Source of the DNA: a virus
DNA: 46,609 nt
Virus record (IMG/VR): IMGVR_UViG_3300045988_056617
Coordinates: 1-46,609 of that record
Strand: one strand, 5' to 3'
A model generated the notes under the pieces. It was not told where the DNA came from. It worked only from the letters and a program-made list of their open reading frames with translations, and did not search any database. Shown piece after piece: positions 1-7,275 of the stretch; the stretch's first letter is position 1; every line of letters starts with the position of its first letter. Both the position numbers and the translations under genes were made by a program.

Positions 1-55
1 CCCCTTATGTCTCTGATGATGTTATCATGTCTCCTCCCTGTTAATTCCGCAATCT
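1..55. repeat. Terminal direct repeat, identical to 46555-46609 (circular-contig overlap)
   Basis: Read directly: ccccttatgtctctgatgatgttatcatgtctcctccctgttaattccgcaatct occurs at both window ends. A minus-strand ORF reads in frame across the junction. Confidence 0.95.
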
Positions 56-116
56 CAGTTGAACACATAGTTTCTTTTGCGTTTACAGTTTCGCTAACTT
101 TAATCAAATTATTCAT
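1..116 (-). CDS. Rha-family regulatory / KilAC antirepressor-like protein, 5' segment. The gene wraps the circular junction and continues from 46554 down to 45969 (233 aa in total).
   Basis: ATG at 116 gives MNNLIKVSETVNAKETMCSTEIAELTGRRHDNIIRDIRG. This joins in frame to LLSQGVAVLNFEEGTYKDANNQNRPCYNLTKKGCLILASGYDALLREKIINRWEE. The track ORF 45969..46421 is the C-terminal part. Paralogous to 15072..15362 and 8037..8786. Confidence 0.8.
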   Translation of the reverse strand, partial: MNNLIKVSETVNAKETMCSTEIAELTGRRHDNIIRDIR

Positions 117-128
117 ATTTTTCTATTT

Positions 129-401
129 TTAAAATGGTAATTCACTATATTTTTCACATCCCTCACTGCAATAATCTTTTTTCTCTCCGGTCAACGAGCA
201 TTTATACTTTCCGGCTCTTTTCTTAGCTGGAAGATACACACAGTTTCCGCAGTATCGAATGTTGCCTAAATTTGATTTGCTTTCAAATTCTAACATTTCT
301 TTAAGACATGCGGCATGTCTTTTCTTTGCTACTTGCATGTCCTTGTATGCTTCTTCTTCCTGCAAAATAAGGACTGCTAATTGATTCAATTTACTTTCCA
401 T
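129..401 (-). CDS. Hypothetical small Cys-rich protein (CGNC...C...CSEGC) ending in -SELPF
   Basis: ORF track, 90 aa. Its stop lies 13 nt upstream of the next start, and it overlaps the upstream ORF by 11 nt. Cys pattern read from the translation. Confidence 0.6.
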   Translation of the reverse strand: MESKLNQLAVLILQEEEAYKDMQVAKKRHAACLKEMLEFESKSNLGNIRYCGNCVYLPAKKRAGKYKCSLTGEKKDYCSEGCEKYSELPF

Positions 402-669
402 GATAAAACTCCCTTTTTACTTTTTCAAACCTGTTAAACGCCTCCATTTCACTCTCAGAAAACACAAGTTCACCCAAACCTGCACAGTATAAATCAGCTT
501 TCAATATAATTTCATCAAGTTTTAAAAGACAATCGAAAGTCTTATCTCTATCCTTTCTGATTTTTCTTTTTCCACTCAAAATATCGGTAAACTGTCTTTG
601 CTCCTTTAAGCTAAATTTAACCGGAACAAAACGACTTTTAAGTCGATTAATCTTTCTTACTTTCTTCAT
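391..669 (-). CDS. Hypothetical basic protein
   Basis: ORF track, 92 aa, tightly packed in a minus-strand operon. Confidence 0.55.
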   Translation of the reverse strand: MKKVRKINRLKSRFVPVKFSLKEQRQFTDILSGKRKIRKDRDKTFDCLLKLDEIILKADLYCAGLGELVFSESEMEAFNRFEKVKREFYHGK

Positions 670-1039
670 TTGATTTTATATCTTTTAAGTTAGACACCCA
701 TTTATTTGCCGGATAAGGAATACCCTCTTTTTTCATAATTGATTTTACCTTTTCCCAATCTGCGAGCGAAGGATTAAACTCTTTCATTCTTTCGAGAACT
801 CTTTTTATTAGCTGTGAATCAGTTTCACCGTCCATCCGCTTGTATGTTGATACTCTGAATCCCGAACTCGCCTCACTAATAGCGAGTTTGTCACCTTCCC
901 AATGTGTAAAGTATTGATAAGCACCGATCTGATACATTGTTCCGCTAACCGGGATAAGACCTGTTTTGCACATACTTTCACTTTCATCTAAAACTTGAAC
1001 GCTTTTATTGTAAATCCCGCACATACTTTTATTTGACAT
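647..1039 (-). CDS. Hypothetical protein
   Basis: ORF track, 130 aa, overlaps both neighbours by a few codons. Confidence 0.6.
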   Translation of the reverse strand: MSNKSMCGIYNKSVQVLDESESMCKTGLIPVSGTMYQIGAYQYFTHWEGDKLAISEASSGFRVSTYKRMDGETDSQLIKRVLERMKEFNPSLADWEKVKSIMKKEGIPYPANKWVSNLKDIKSNEESKKD

Positions 1040-1232
1040 AATGTTTAGTTTTAATTGTTATTACATCTAAATCTCTCAAAATATTAGCTGCCTTTTTATT
1101 TCCATTCTCAGCCGCTTTAACTAAAGCCTCGTAATGTGATAGATTGTTTCCGCAAAAAACGCATGCAGAACGCAAAAGCATTAATAACTTCGAATGACTG
1201 ATCTTTTCTCCTTTATAAATGTAAGTTGTCAT
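1029..1232 (-). CDS. Hypothetical protein, first gene behind promoter-leader module A
   Basis: ORF track, 67 aa. The ATG at 1232 lies about 40 nt downstream of the -7 box at 1279-1286. Confidence 0.55.
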   Translation of the reverse strand: MTTYIYKGEKISHSKLLMLLRSACVFCGNNLSHYEALVKAAENGNKKAANILRDLDVITIKTKHYVK

Positions 1233-1242
1233 ATTGGTTAAT

Positions 1243-1345
1243 TTTTAATTGTTACTACTTTGTTTCCTTTTGACACTGCAAATATAAGCATAACTTTTAA
1301 AACACAAAGCAAAACGTTAAGCTTTAACACTTATTTAACACAAGG
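1243..1345 (-). promoter_or_regulatory. Promoter-leader module A (Bacteroidota-type promoter plus conserved 5' UTR)
   Basis: Plus-strand caaatata at 1279-1286 is TATATTTG on the minus strand (the TAnnTTTG -7 box). caaa at 1305-1308 is TTTG, 18 nt upstream (-33). Leader motif aattgttactactttgt at 1247-1264. Near-identical copies at 13615-13710, 15920-16012 and 34838-34915. Confidence 0.7.
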
Positions 1346-1348
1346 AAA

Positions 1349-1376
1349 GGGGATACCCTGCTTTAGAGTATCCCCC
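1349..1376 (-). terminator. Hairpin terminator after ssb
   Basis: ggggatac (1349-1356) pairs with gtatcccc (1368-1375). It lies directly after the ssb stop at 1381. The minus-strand tail is UUUCCUUGUGUU, a weak U tract. Confidence 0.5.
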
Positions 1377-1380
1377 TTTT

Positions 1381-1836
1381 TTAGAATGGCAAATCATCTG
1401 CAAATTGCTGTTCTTTTAAGGCTTGTGATGGTGGCGGTGTCGGTTGTACTGGCGGCTGACCCCCACTCCCGGCAGATTCCGCCCGCTGACCGCTATTGCC
1501 TCCCGGCTTCGCTCCCATCTGCATGTTAGAAACGATAATTTCCGCAATAGTCTTTTCTACGTTATTCGAGTCTGTGTACTTCCGATAATGCAAAGTTCCT
1601 TCCACATACAACTCCATACCCTTTGTAACATACTGCTCGCATATACCTGCTAAACCTCCTTTGAATACCACGTTGTGAAAATCGGTTCGTTCCGGAACTT
1701 CAACGCCGCTACTCGTTTTATATGCACGTTCGTTTGTAGCGATAGACACGTTGCAAATTTTACCTCCATTATCGAACGTTTTTACTTGCGGATCATTGCA
1801 CACCCGACCGATTAACTGAATTTTGTTTAAGTTCAT
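1381..1836 (-). CDS. ssb: Single-stranded DNA-binding protein
   Basis: OB-fold N-terminus MNLNKIQLIGRVCNDPQVKTF...TDFHNVVFKG..., a Gly/Pro/Gln-rich linker, and the canonical acidic tip ...FADDLPF. Confidence 0.95.
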   Translation of the reverse strand: MNLNKIQLIGRVCNDPQVKTFDNGGKICNVSIATNERAYKTSSGVEVPERTDFHNVVFKGGLAGICEQYVTKGMELYVEGTLHYRKYTDSNNVEKTIAEIIVSNMQMGAKPGGNSGQRAESAGSGGQPPVQPTPPPSQALKEQQFADDLPF

Positions 1837-1837
1837 A

Positions 1838-2098
1838 TTAGAATAAATTTAGAATACTTGATAATATATAAATACCTATAAATAAAATAACCATTATGCC
1901 GGCTATCGAATCTACTTTACTTCCCTTGACTAATGTCTTTTCGACTTCATCAATACTACCCAAAACGATAAAAGGATAATCAGAATCAGCACATTTAACA
2001 TTCGTAGTATCGTTTGTATTTTTGGTAATATGCGTAATACAATCGGCATTAACCAAAATGTGTTGTCCATTTTCAACCTTAAATTTTACTAATTTCAT
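1838..2098 (-). CDS. Hypothetical protein with C-terminal transmembrane helix
   Basis: ORF track, 86 aa. C-terminus IAGIMVILFIGIYILSSILNLF is hydrophobic. Confidence 0.55.
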   Translation of the reverse strand: MKLVKFKVENGQHILVNADCITHITKNTNDTTNVKCADSDYPFIVLGSIDEVEKTLVKGSKVDSIAGIMVILFIGIYILSSILNLF

Positions 2099-2571
2099 TT
2101 CTTTTGCAATTTTAAACTGTCCCTTTTGAGGACTTTTATTTTCTCTAAATTTTCTTGATAAATACGCATTCCCTTGCGGGTGTTAGCGTGTTCCCATTGA
2201 TTGTGATGCTCAAAGCAAAGTATGTTGATATTTCGAGGATCGTGCGCCAACATCGGGTGAGAGGCTCTCGTTATGATATGGCTAATATAAACGGCTGAGT
2301 ACCCCTTCAACGGCTTCAAACATTCTTCGCAATAGTGAGGCTTAATCTCCCACATATACCGAAAAAACCGCTCGTTTGCCCTCTGATCGTGACCGTCACC
2401 GAATAGACTTTTCAAATACTGATACCTCGCTTTAGGCGATATATCAAAATGTCGATTGAAAAGCAGGGGATTATATCCCCTACTTAAACAATATTCAATT
2501 TCTTCAGGACTACTCAGTAGATACATTGCTTTCATCTTCTTCATCAAAGAAGGAATCACCCTCCGAATCAT
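2095..2571 (-). CDS. HNH-type endonuclease-like protein (start uncertain; an internal ATG at 2526 is possible)
   Basis: CEECLKPL...ISHII...HDPRNINILCFEHHNQWEH resembles the CxxC...H...N...CxxH HNH motif. Starting at 2571 overlaps the upstream gene by 62 nt. Confidence 0.5.
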   Translation of the reverse strand: MIRRVIPSLMKKMKAMYLLSSPEEIEYCLSRGYNPLLFNRHFDISPKARYQYLKSLFGDGHDQRANERFFRYMWEIKPHYCEECLKPLKGYSAVYISHIITRASHPMLAHDPRNINILCFEHHNQWEHANTRKGMRIYQENLEKIKVLKRDSLKLQKK

Positions 2572-3133
2572 CCTCAGCGTCTTTTATGTCATCGGCTTCT
2601 GCTATCTCACCGAACATTGAAAGTTGTGCACGCTTACCCTTAAACAGATAATCAAATATTTCGTGCTTCATGGATTCTAAATCTGAGTCCATGTCAATCT
2701 CAAATTTCAGTATTTCACCCTCCAAATTTATTTTAGGGGTCTGCATTTTAAACAGCGACAAGTCTGTACCTGTAAACTCGTATTTGATAATTACTATGTT
2801 CTTTTCTTCATCTCTCACAATCTCCCTAATCATAATTCGAGTAGCTTGTATCTCGAAGAAGTCTTGAAACTGCTTATCCAACTCCTTATCTTGTTTTGAA
2901 AGATCGGATAAGTAGGTGATGTTTGCAAAATTCATCAAACCCATAAGCCGGACGATATACCCTCTCAGTTTCCCGGCTTCGTTCTGCAAATCGGGGTGAG
3001 GATATTCCGGATTCTTCACTTTATGAAACGTTTTAACCGTTTCACCGTCAGCATTCATACAATCATTATAATCTACCTCCAAACCGTTTGGGATAAATTT
3101 TACTCTCTTTAATTCGAAATTGTCGTACAACAT
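2510..3133 (-). CDS. Hypothetical protein with strongly acidic C-terminal tail
   Basis: ORF track, 207 aa. Tail reads ...AEADDIKDAEDDSEGDSFFDEEDESNVSTE. Confidence 0.6.
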   Translation of the reverse strand: MLYDNFELKRVKFIPNGLEVDYNDCMNADGETVKTFHKVKNPEYPHPDLQNEAGKLRGYIVRLMGLMNFANITYLSDLSKQDKELDKQFQDFFEIQATRIMIREIVRDEEKNIVIIKYEFTGTDLSLFKMQTPKINLEGEILKFEIDMDSDLESMKHEIFDYLFKGKRAQLSMFGEIAEADDIKDAEDDSEGDSFFDEEDESNVSTE

Positions 3134-3134
3134 A

Positions 3135-3305
3135 TTAATATTCGTTTTTAGGTTTATAATGCTCGCATACCCTTCCGATATTCGGGCAACTGCATAACTT
3201 TTTTTTTCTCTTACTGCAATAGCATATCAAATTATGATGGTCTGAGCTATATTTACATTCTGTACAATGAACGAGGACTAAGTTTTGTTTATTCTTCTTC
3301 GCCAT
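3135..3305 (-). CDS. Small Cys/His-rich protein (57 aa), not in the ORF track
   Basis: Hand translation: MAKKKNKQNLVLVHCTECKYSSDHHNLICYCSKRKKKLCSCPNIGRVCEHYKPKNEY*. It fills the otherwise empty gap 3134-3288. The ATG overlaps the end of 3289..3615, and the stop lies 1 nt before the next ATG (3133). Confidence 0.4.
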   Translation of the reverse strand: MAKKNKQNLVLVHCTECKYSSDHHNLICYCSKRKKKLCSCPNIGRVCEHYKPKNEY

Positions 3306-3615
3306 TCAAATAGCTCTCCAATCTTTCATCAATTAATCGCTTGTATTCAATAGCCAACGGATCGTTAACCTCCAACTGGTTTTGAAATTTGCGGTGCGCT
3401 ATCACTATTAAAGCCCTCGTTCTATCTAATAGCTCAGGCAAACCGTCTAACCGATAATCATATAACTGGTGAATAATACAGTTTCGTCTAATTGAAATAT
3501 CTCTCGTAATCTCCCGGCTTAAAATAGCATCCGGTGACACCGAAAGAGCCTCGCACATCAAGTCGAATTTTTCTCTCAATGTCATTTCGCAATCTTCTTT
3601 TCTAACTTCTTTCAT
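3289..3615 (-). CDS. Hypothetical protein
   Basis: ORF track, 108 aa, with a 4-nt overlap to the upstream gene. Confidence 0.6.
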   Translation of the reverse strand: MKEVRKEDCEMTLREKFDLMCEALSVSPDAILSREITRDISIRRNCIIHQLYDYRLDGLPELLDRTRALIVIAHRKFQNQLEVNDPLAIEYKRLIDERLESYLNGEEE

Positions 3616-4052
3616 TTCTTTACGTATTTAGTTGCATCCTCTATGAAAACTCCCAGTTCCTCGGCTGCAAACTGTTTTAAAAAATCAATATATTCTACAA
3701 ACTCACTATTTGATAAGTCGTTGATACTTACCGGGTCACTCCGATACTCACCTGTTTCAATATCCACAACCTCACCCATTGTTACCGGACACAAGTTCCG
3801 CATGTACAATTCGGTGTCTTTCTCGCTCCACCTGTTGCCATTGTCGTACATTCCTTTCTGAAACTGTGGTACTACCACTTTGTAGTAATATGCGTTCATG
3901 GCAACCGATTTTGAAGGCTCGTAAACGCTAAAACTTGCTATGATATTCTTTCCTTTGTGCAGTTTCGCAAACTCGTTTAACTCACCCATGTACATCTGCA
4001 ACTGTCCGTTACTCGTTACTTTTCCCGGTATTGTTATCCTGTTTTGCTTCAT
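3612..4052 (-). CDS. Hypothetical protein (alternative start at 3995)
   Basis: ORF track, 146 aa. Starting at 4052 overlaps the upstream ORF by 44 nt. Confidence 0.6.
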   Translation of the reverse strand: MKQNRITIPGKVTSNGQLQMYMGELNEFAKLHKGKNIIASFSVYEPSKSVAMNAYYYKVVVPQFQKGMYDNGNRWSEKDTELYMRNLCPVTMGEVVDIETGEYRSDPVSINDLSNSEFVEYIDFLKQFAAEELGVFIEDATKYVKK

Positions 4053-4356
4053 TTTGTTTCATTTTAGAAAATACCTTAACAAATACACTACCACACAAAG
4101 AAGAAATAAAGCCACGCACAGCAGCAGGGAGATCGCTATTTCTCAGTAGAATTTTCTCAAACTCTTCTATAACGTCCGTAACCGTCATATTATCAATGCG
4201 ATCTAACATAACACGCCTCGTTAAACCTCCATTTCTCAAAATTTTGTTTTTAGCTTGTTCGACATCTGTACGCATAGTACAAAGCTGATTTGTTAATTCA
4301 TCTTTAAACTCCGGTAATTTAATTACATCTTCAACCGTCATTTCATTAGTATTCAT
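4009..4356 (-). CDS. Hypothetical protein, first gene of an operon
   Basis: ORF track, 115 aa, preceded by a leader-like motif and a promoter-like box. Confidence 0.55.
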   Translation of the reverse strand: MNTNEMTVEDVIKLPEFKDELTNQLCTMRTDVEQAKNKILRNGGLTRRVMLDRIDNMTVTDVIEEFEKILLRNSDLPAAVRGFISSLCGSVFVKVFSKMKQNEAKQDNNTGKSNE

Positions 4357-4372
4357 ACTTTAATAAGTTTTT

Positions 4373-4413
4373 AAATCGTTACTACTATGATTAATTTTGA
4401 TATTGCAAATTAA
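4373..4413 (-). promoter_or_regulatory. Degenerate promoter-leader module
   Basis: Leader-like aatcgttactactatga at 4373-4389. caaattaa at 4406-4413 is TTAATTTG on the minus strand, one mismatch to TAnnTTTG. Confidence 0.4.
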
Positions 4414-4435
4414 AGCAAAACTTTAATTATACGCA

Positions 4436-4469
4436 AATAAAAACGGGTAAATCTTTCCGAGATACCCGT
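4436..4469 (-). terminator. Rho-independent terminator
   Basis: acgggta (4443-4449) pairs with tacccgt (4463-4469). The minus-strand tail is UUUUUAUUU. Confidence 0.7.
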
Positions 4470-4483
4470 TATTTAACATTCGT

Positions 4484-4699
4484 TTAGAATAAGACACCTT
4501 GTGAGTCGGTCAACTTCGCAATAATATCATCTACTTTCTTTTCTGCTGCCTCTTTAGCCTCCCTGTACTTTTCACCGAATCGTTCGAATCTCTTTTGCTT
4601 TCCTCGCATCCTTATGACAGCTTGAATCAAAACATCGCTTATTTCATTGTTTATTTGACCGCTATTCAACTTTCCCTTCATCTCTGAGTAATCTATCAT
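4484..4699 (-). CDS. Hypothetical protein
   Basis: ORF track, 71 aa, last gene before the terminator. Confidence 0.5.
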   Translation of the reverse strand: MIDYSEMKGKLNSGQINNEISDVLIQAVIRMRGKQKRFERFGEKYREAKEAAEKKVDDIIAKLTDSQGVLF

Positions 4700-5252
4700 A
4701 TCCGATGGAATCGTTCGTTAAATCAAAGGAAAACACGCAATCTGAATTGTTGGCTAAATGCTCCGATATCCACTTAGGCTTGTTAGCTATCATCAGCTGA
4801 GTAAAGCGAAGTATGCAAACCGCATCACTATTCCACTTAAAGACGTTACCAGTCGGGAAGGAACGTTTAGCAAACTGAAAATACTTCTCTTTTCTCAGCG
4901 ACTTATCCTCTTTAGCTCCCTTTGTTCTCAGGCCTAAACCAGTTTGCCACGTCATTGGAGTAACGAGCACTAAAGGCATTTCGAGGACTTTCGCACAACA
5001 TACAAGGTTGTTGTAGTTTTCAAGCATAGTAACTATGCGATATTGCTTACCTCCGGTATCATCACCTCTAATTGACAGCCTCTCAACAACAATCATTGGG
5101 CTACCGGAACGCTTAATCTTTTTGAATAACCTGTATATATCCAAAGGTTCCTCCGGCATTTTAACCGTTACAAGCGGGCTTCCAGGTTTATAAATGGCTA
5201 TTCCCCCGGCTGATACACCGGGGTCAATTCCAACTAAAATATTAATTTCCAT
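4662..5252 (-). CDS. RuvC-like Holliday-junction resolvase
   Basis: MEINILVGIDPGVSAGGIAIY (catalytic Asp in the GIDPG context), ...MIVVERLS (Glu), ...WNSDAVCIL (Asp). This order matches the RuvC/RNase H-fold resolvase pattern. Confidence 0.6.
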   Translation of the reverse strand: MEINILVGIDPGVSAGGIAIYKPGSPLVTVKMPEEPLDIYRLFKKIKRSGSPMIVVERLSIRGDDTGGKQYRIVTMLENYNNLVCCAKVLEMPLVLVTPMTWQTGLGLRTKGAKEDKSLRKEKYFQFAKRSFPTGNVFKWNSDAVCILRFTQLMIANKPKWISEHLANNSDCVFSFDLTNDSIGYDRLLRDEGKVE

Positions 5253-5256
5253 GTTT

Positions 5257-6180
5257 TTAATGTTTATAGTAATACAAATCCTTAATGCTATCCTCCTCTA
5301 TCAACATTTCGTCCCAATACCGGAGTAACAAACGTTTCTTTGCTATCATTAAAGCCCGAAAATAAACGGCTTCATGTTCAATACCAACAGTCGCTAAACA
5401 TTCCTTCTCAAACACTTGTGCAAAACTATTTATCGGTCTGCCTTTAAATTGCGCCAAAGCTAACTTCTTATCCTCGTATGTCGGTATAGTATCCATGTCG
5501 TACCCCAGTCGTTCCATATACTTGAATGTTGACTCGCTTATAAGACTCTCAGATTCAACCTTAAACCGTCCGCTATACTTATACTTCATAATTGCAAATA
5601 TGAAGTTGTTTGCTTGCACATTCAAAAATGCTCTTTCTTGTTCCGGTGTCGCTTTCGGCTTATCAGGCAATAGCGCAGTAGTTTTTGCCATCATGTCCGC
5701 TTTACGCTTTCGGTATGCTTTCAATACCTTCGTTACATAATCTACATTCAAGCTGCCATAATGATTCTTATCCGGATTCCCGAAGCGATCTTTAGGCAGG
5801 TAGTTATCAAGTTCACCGACAGCAAGCAACCGCCAAGCAAGCTTGACCTCAGCGAATGAAAGATCGTCAAAATACAAATCAATAACGTCAAAAATCGAAG
5901 AAAACACGCTTTTAACCGCACTACGTTCCGGTGCATTCAGACCAAAATCAGAACATACCCCGATAAATATAATGCCTAAATACTCTATTTTCTTTTCTTC
6001 GCTTTCTTCTTCAGAAATTAATTTTCTCGTAGATTCTGCAAATATGCGCTGATCTACCTTGGAAAGCTGCTTTATTTTATTAGACTGTATTAATTCTCTA
6101 TTTCTCTCTACGAACGACGGAAGTACGCCACTCGATAAAGCCACTTTTCCGCCTCTATTTTGATATTTCTCTATTTCCAT
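5257..6180 (-). CDS. Hypothetical protein (replication-module position)
   Basis: ORF track, 307 aa. No motif recognised. Confidence 0.65.
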   Translation of the reverse strand: MEIEKYQNRGGKVALSSGVLPSFVERNRELIQSNKIKQLSKVDQRIFAESTRKLISEEESEEKKIEYLGIIFIGVCSDFGLNAPERSAVKSVFSSIFDVIDLYFDDLSFAEVKLAWRLLAVGELDNYLPKDRFGNPDKNHYGSLNVDYVTKVLKAYRKRKADMMAKTTALLPDKPKATPEQERAFLNVQANNFIFAIMKYKYSGRFKVESESLISESTFKYMERLGYDMDTIPTYEDKKLALAQFKGRPINSFAQVFEKECLATVGIEHEAVYFRALMIAKKRLLLRYWDEMLIEEDSIKDLYYYKH

Positions 6181-6239
6181 GTTAGATTACTCGTTTTTAT
6201 TATTAAAGTCTTAAATTCGCAAAGCAAATGCCATTCTCG

Positions 6240-7208
6240 TTAATCAAACGTCTCTGTTAGGTATCTCTCGTATATCTCCCGGTGCTCGTCATTAGCAAAA
6301 TACTGCTTTGTCTTATATTGCTGAGAGTTGTTTTGCTGATATTGGTTAGTAGCTCCCGTTTTCTCTCTCAGCCATTGCAGGTATTGTTTAGGAGTCGACT
6401 CGTACACCAGTGATGCCCAACCTTTCGATATACTTTGTTGAATAAGGCTTTTAGCAAATTCTTCTTCAAATTGCGCTATCTCGTTTAAATTAGCTTGCAT
6501 AGCTGTTAGAGTCTTTGTCTTTACACGCCATTTAGGTTGAGTCATTAGAACGTAGAATAAGCGTTTAAAGTCCTCAGACTCGAAAGGAAATGTTAGCTGA
6601 GTAAATAGCTTATCTGTCCTTTCGATTGTTTTCTTTGTTACGTCAAGTCCTTTAGCAGTGAATCCAAATATCTCTGAGGGTAGAGGATCGTTATTTGATT
6701 CAACTTCGAACAAATCCGTTTCTTCGCGCGTGGCTATACTATAATTGACGTTAGTCAATTTAGTATTACTATCTGTATATATACTATCTGGTATAGTCTG
6801 TTCATTCATGCAACTTGCATTTTGCACATTTTCAACTTGCATTTTGCATTTTTGATAATTCGTATCAGAGTATCCTATTATCGTATAACCACATGAAACT
6901 AACATGTTAATACACTTTTCTGTAAGCGCATACCACGTTGTTCGATCCATGCGTGATTTATTAAAATTTCCCTTTAATATATATCCTTCTTCTTCCAACT
7001 TTCCGATAACTCTATATACCTTCAACGAGTTCATATATGGGAATAGTTTAGATAACGCCTCCCTTGTGTTATAAGTCCAGTATCTACCTTCAAAATAATT
7101 GCGGTTATCTGCTATATTCTTGTTTATCCAAAACGCAAAATTGTGCAAGACACATGCAGCTTCTATGCCCAGTTCCTTTGCTATTTTATCATCAAAACAA
7201 TGTGTCAT
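6240..7208 (-). CDS. Winged-helix DNA-binding protein, putative replisome organiser / replication initiator
   Basis: The N-terminal roughly 100 aa (DDKIAKELGIEAACV...FPYMNSLKVYRVIGKLEEEGYI...TTWYALTEK) look like a wHTH domain. It is paralogous to 9190..9492. A repeat-rich linker region sits inside the gene. Confidence 0.5.
   Translation of the reverse strand: MTHCFDDKIAKELGIEAACVLHNFAFWINKNIADNRNYFEGRYWTYNTREALSKLFPYMNSLKVYRVIGKLEEEGYILKGNFNKSRMDRTTWYALTEKCINMLVSCGYTIIGYSDTNYQKCKMQVENVQNASCMNEQTIPDSIYTDSNTKLTNVNYSIATREETDLFEVESNNDPLPSEIFGFTAKGLDVTKKTIERTDKLFTQLTFPFESEDFKRLFYVLMTQPKWRVKTKTLTAMQANLNEIAQFEEEFAKSLIQQSISKGWASLVYESTPKQYLQWLREKTGATNQYQQNNSQQYKTKQYFANDEHREIYERYLTETFD
6811..6848. repeat. 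Two perfect 16-nt direct repeats (caacttgcattttgca) with 22-nt period inside the replisome-organiser gene
   Basis: Read directly at 6811-6826 and 6833-6848. Nearby are tactatctg twice (6767-6775, 6782-6790) and the inverted repeat aattgac/gtcaatt (6743-6749 / 6754-6760). Confidence 0.85.
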
Positions 7209-7211
7209 AAT

Positions 7212-7252
7212 ATTCGTTTTTATAGGCAGGTGTTACCCTGCCATGTTATTTA
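7212..7252 (-). repeat. Conserved 41-nt hairpin element, copy 1
   Basis: attcgtttttataGGCAGGtgttacCCTGCCatgttattta. Stem 7225-7230 / 7237-7242. The second copy at 7999-8039 has a compensatory stem change. Confidence 0.8.
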
Positions 7253-7275
7253 TTTATTATATAAGTTCTAAATAG

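Noticed and set aside
1-55. The 55-nt end duplication as a physical direct terminal repeat of the virion DNA.
   Set aside because: It cuts through the middle of a coding sequence and is exactly what a circularised assembly overlap looks like. It says nothing about the true packaging termini, which would need read-terminus analysis.
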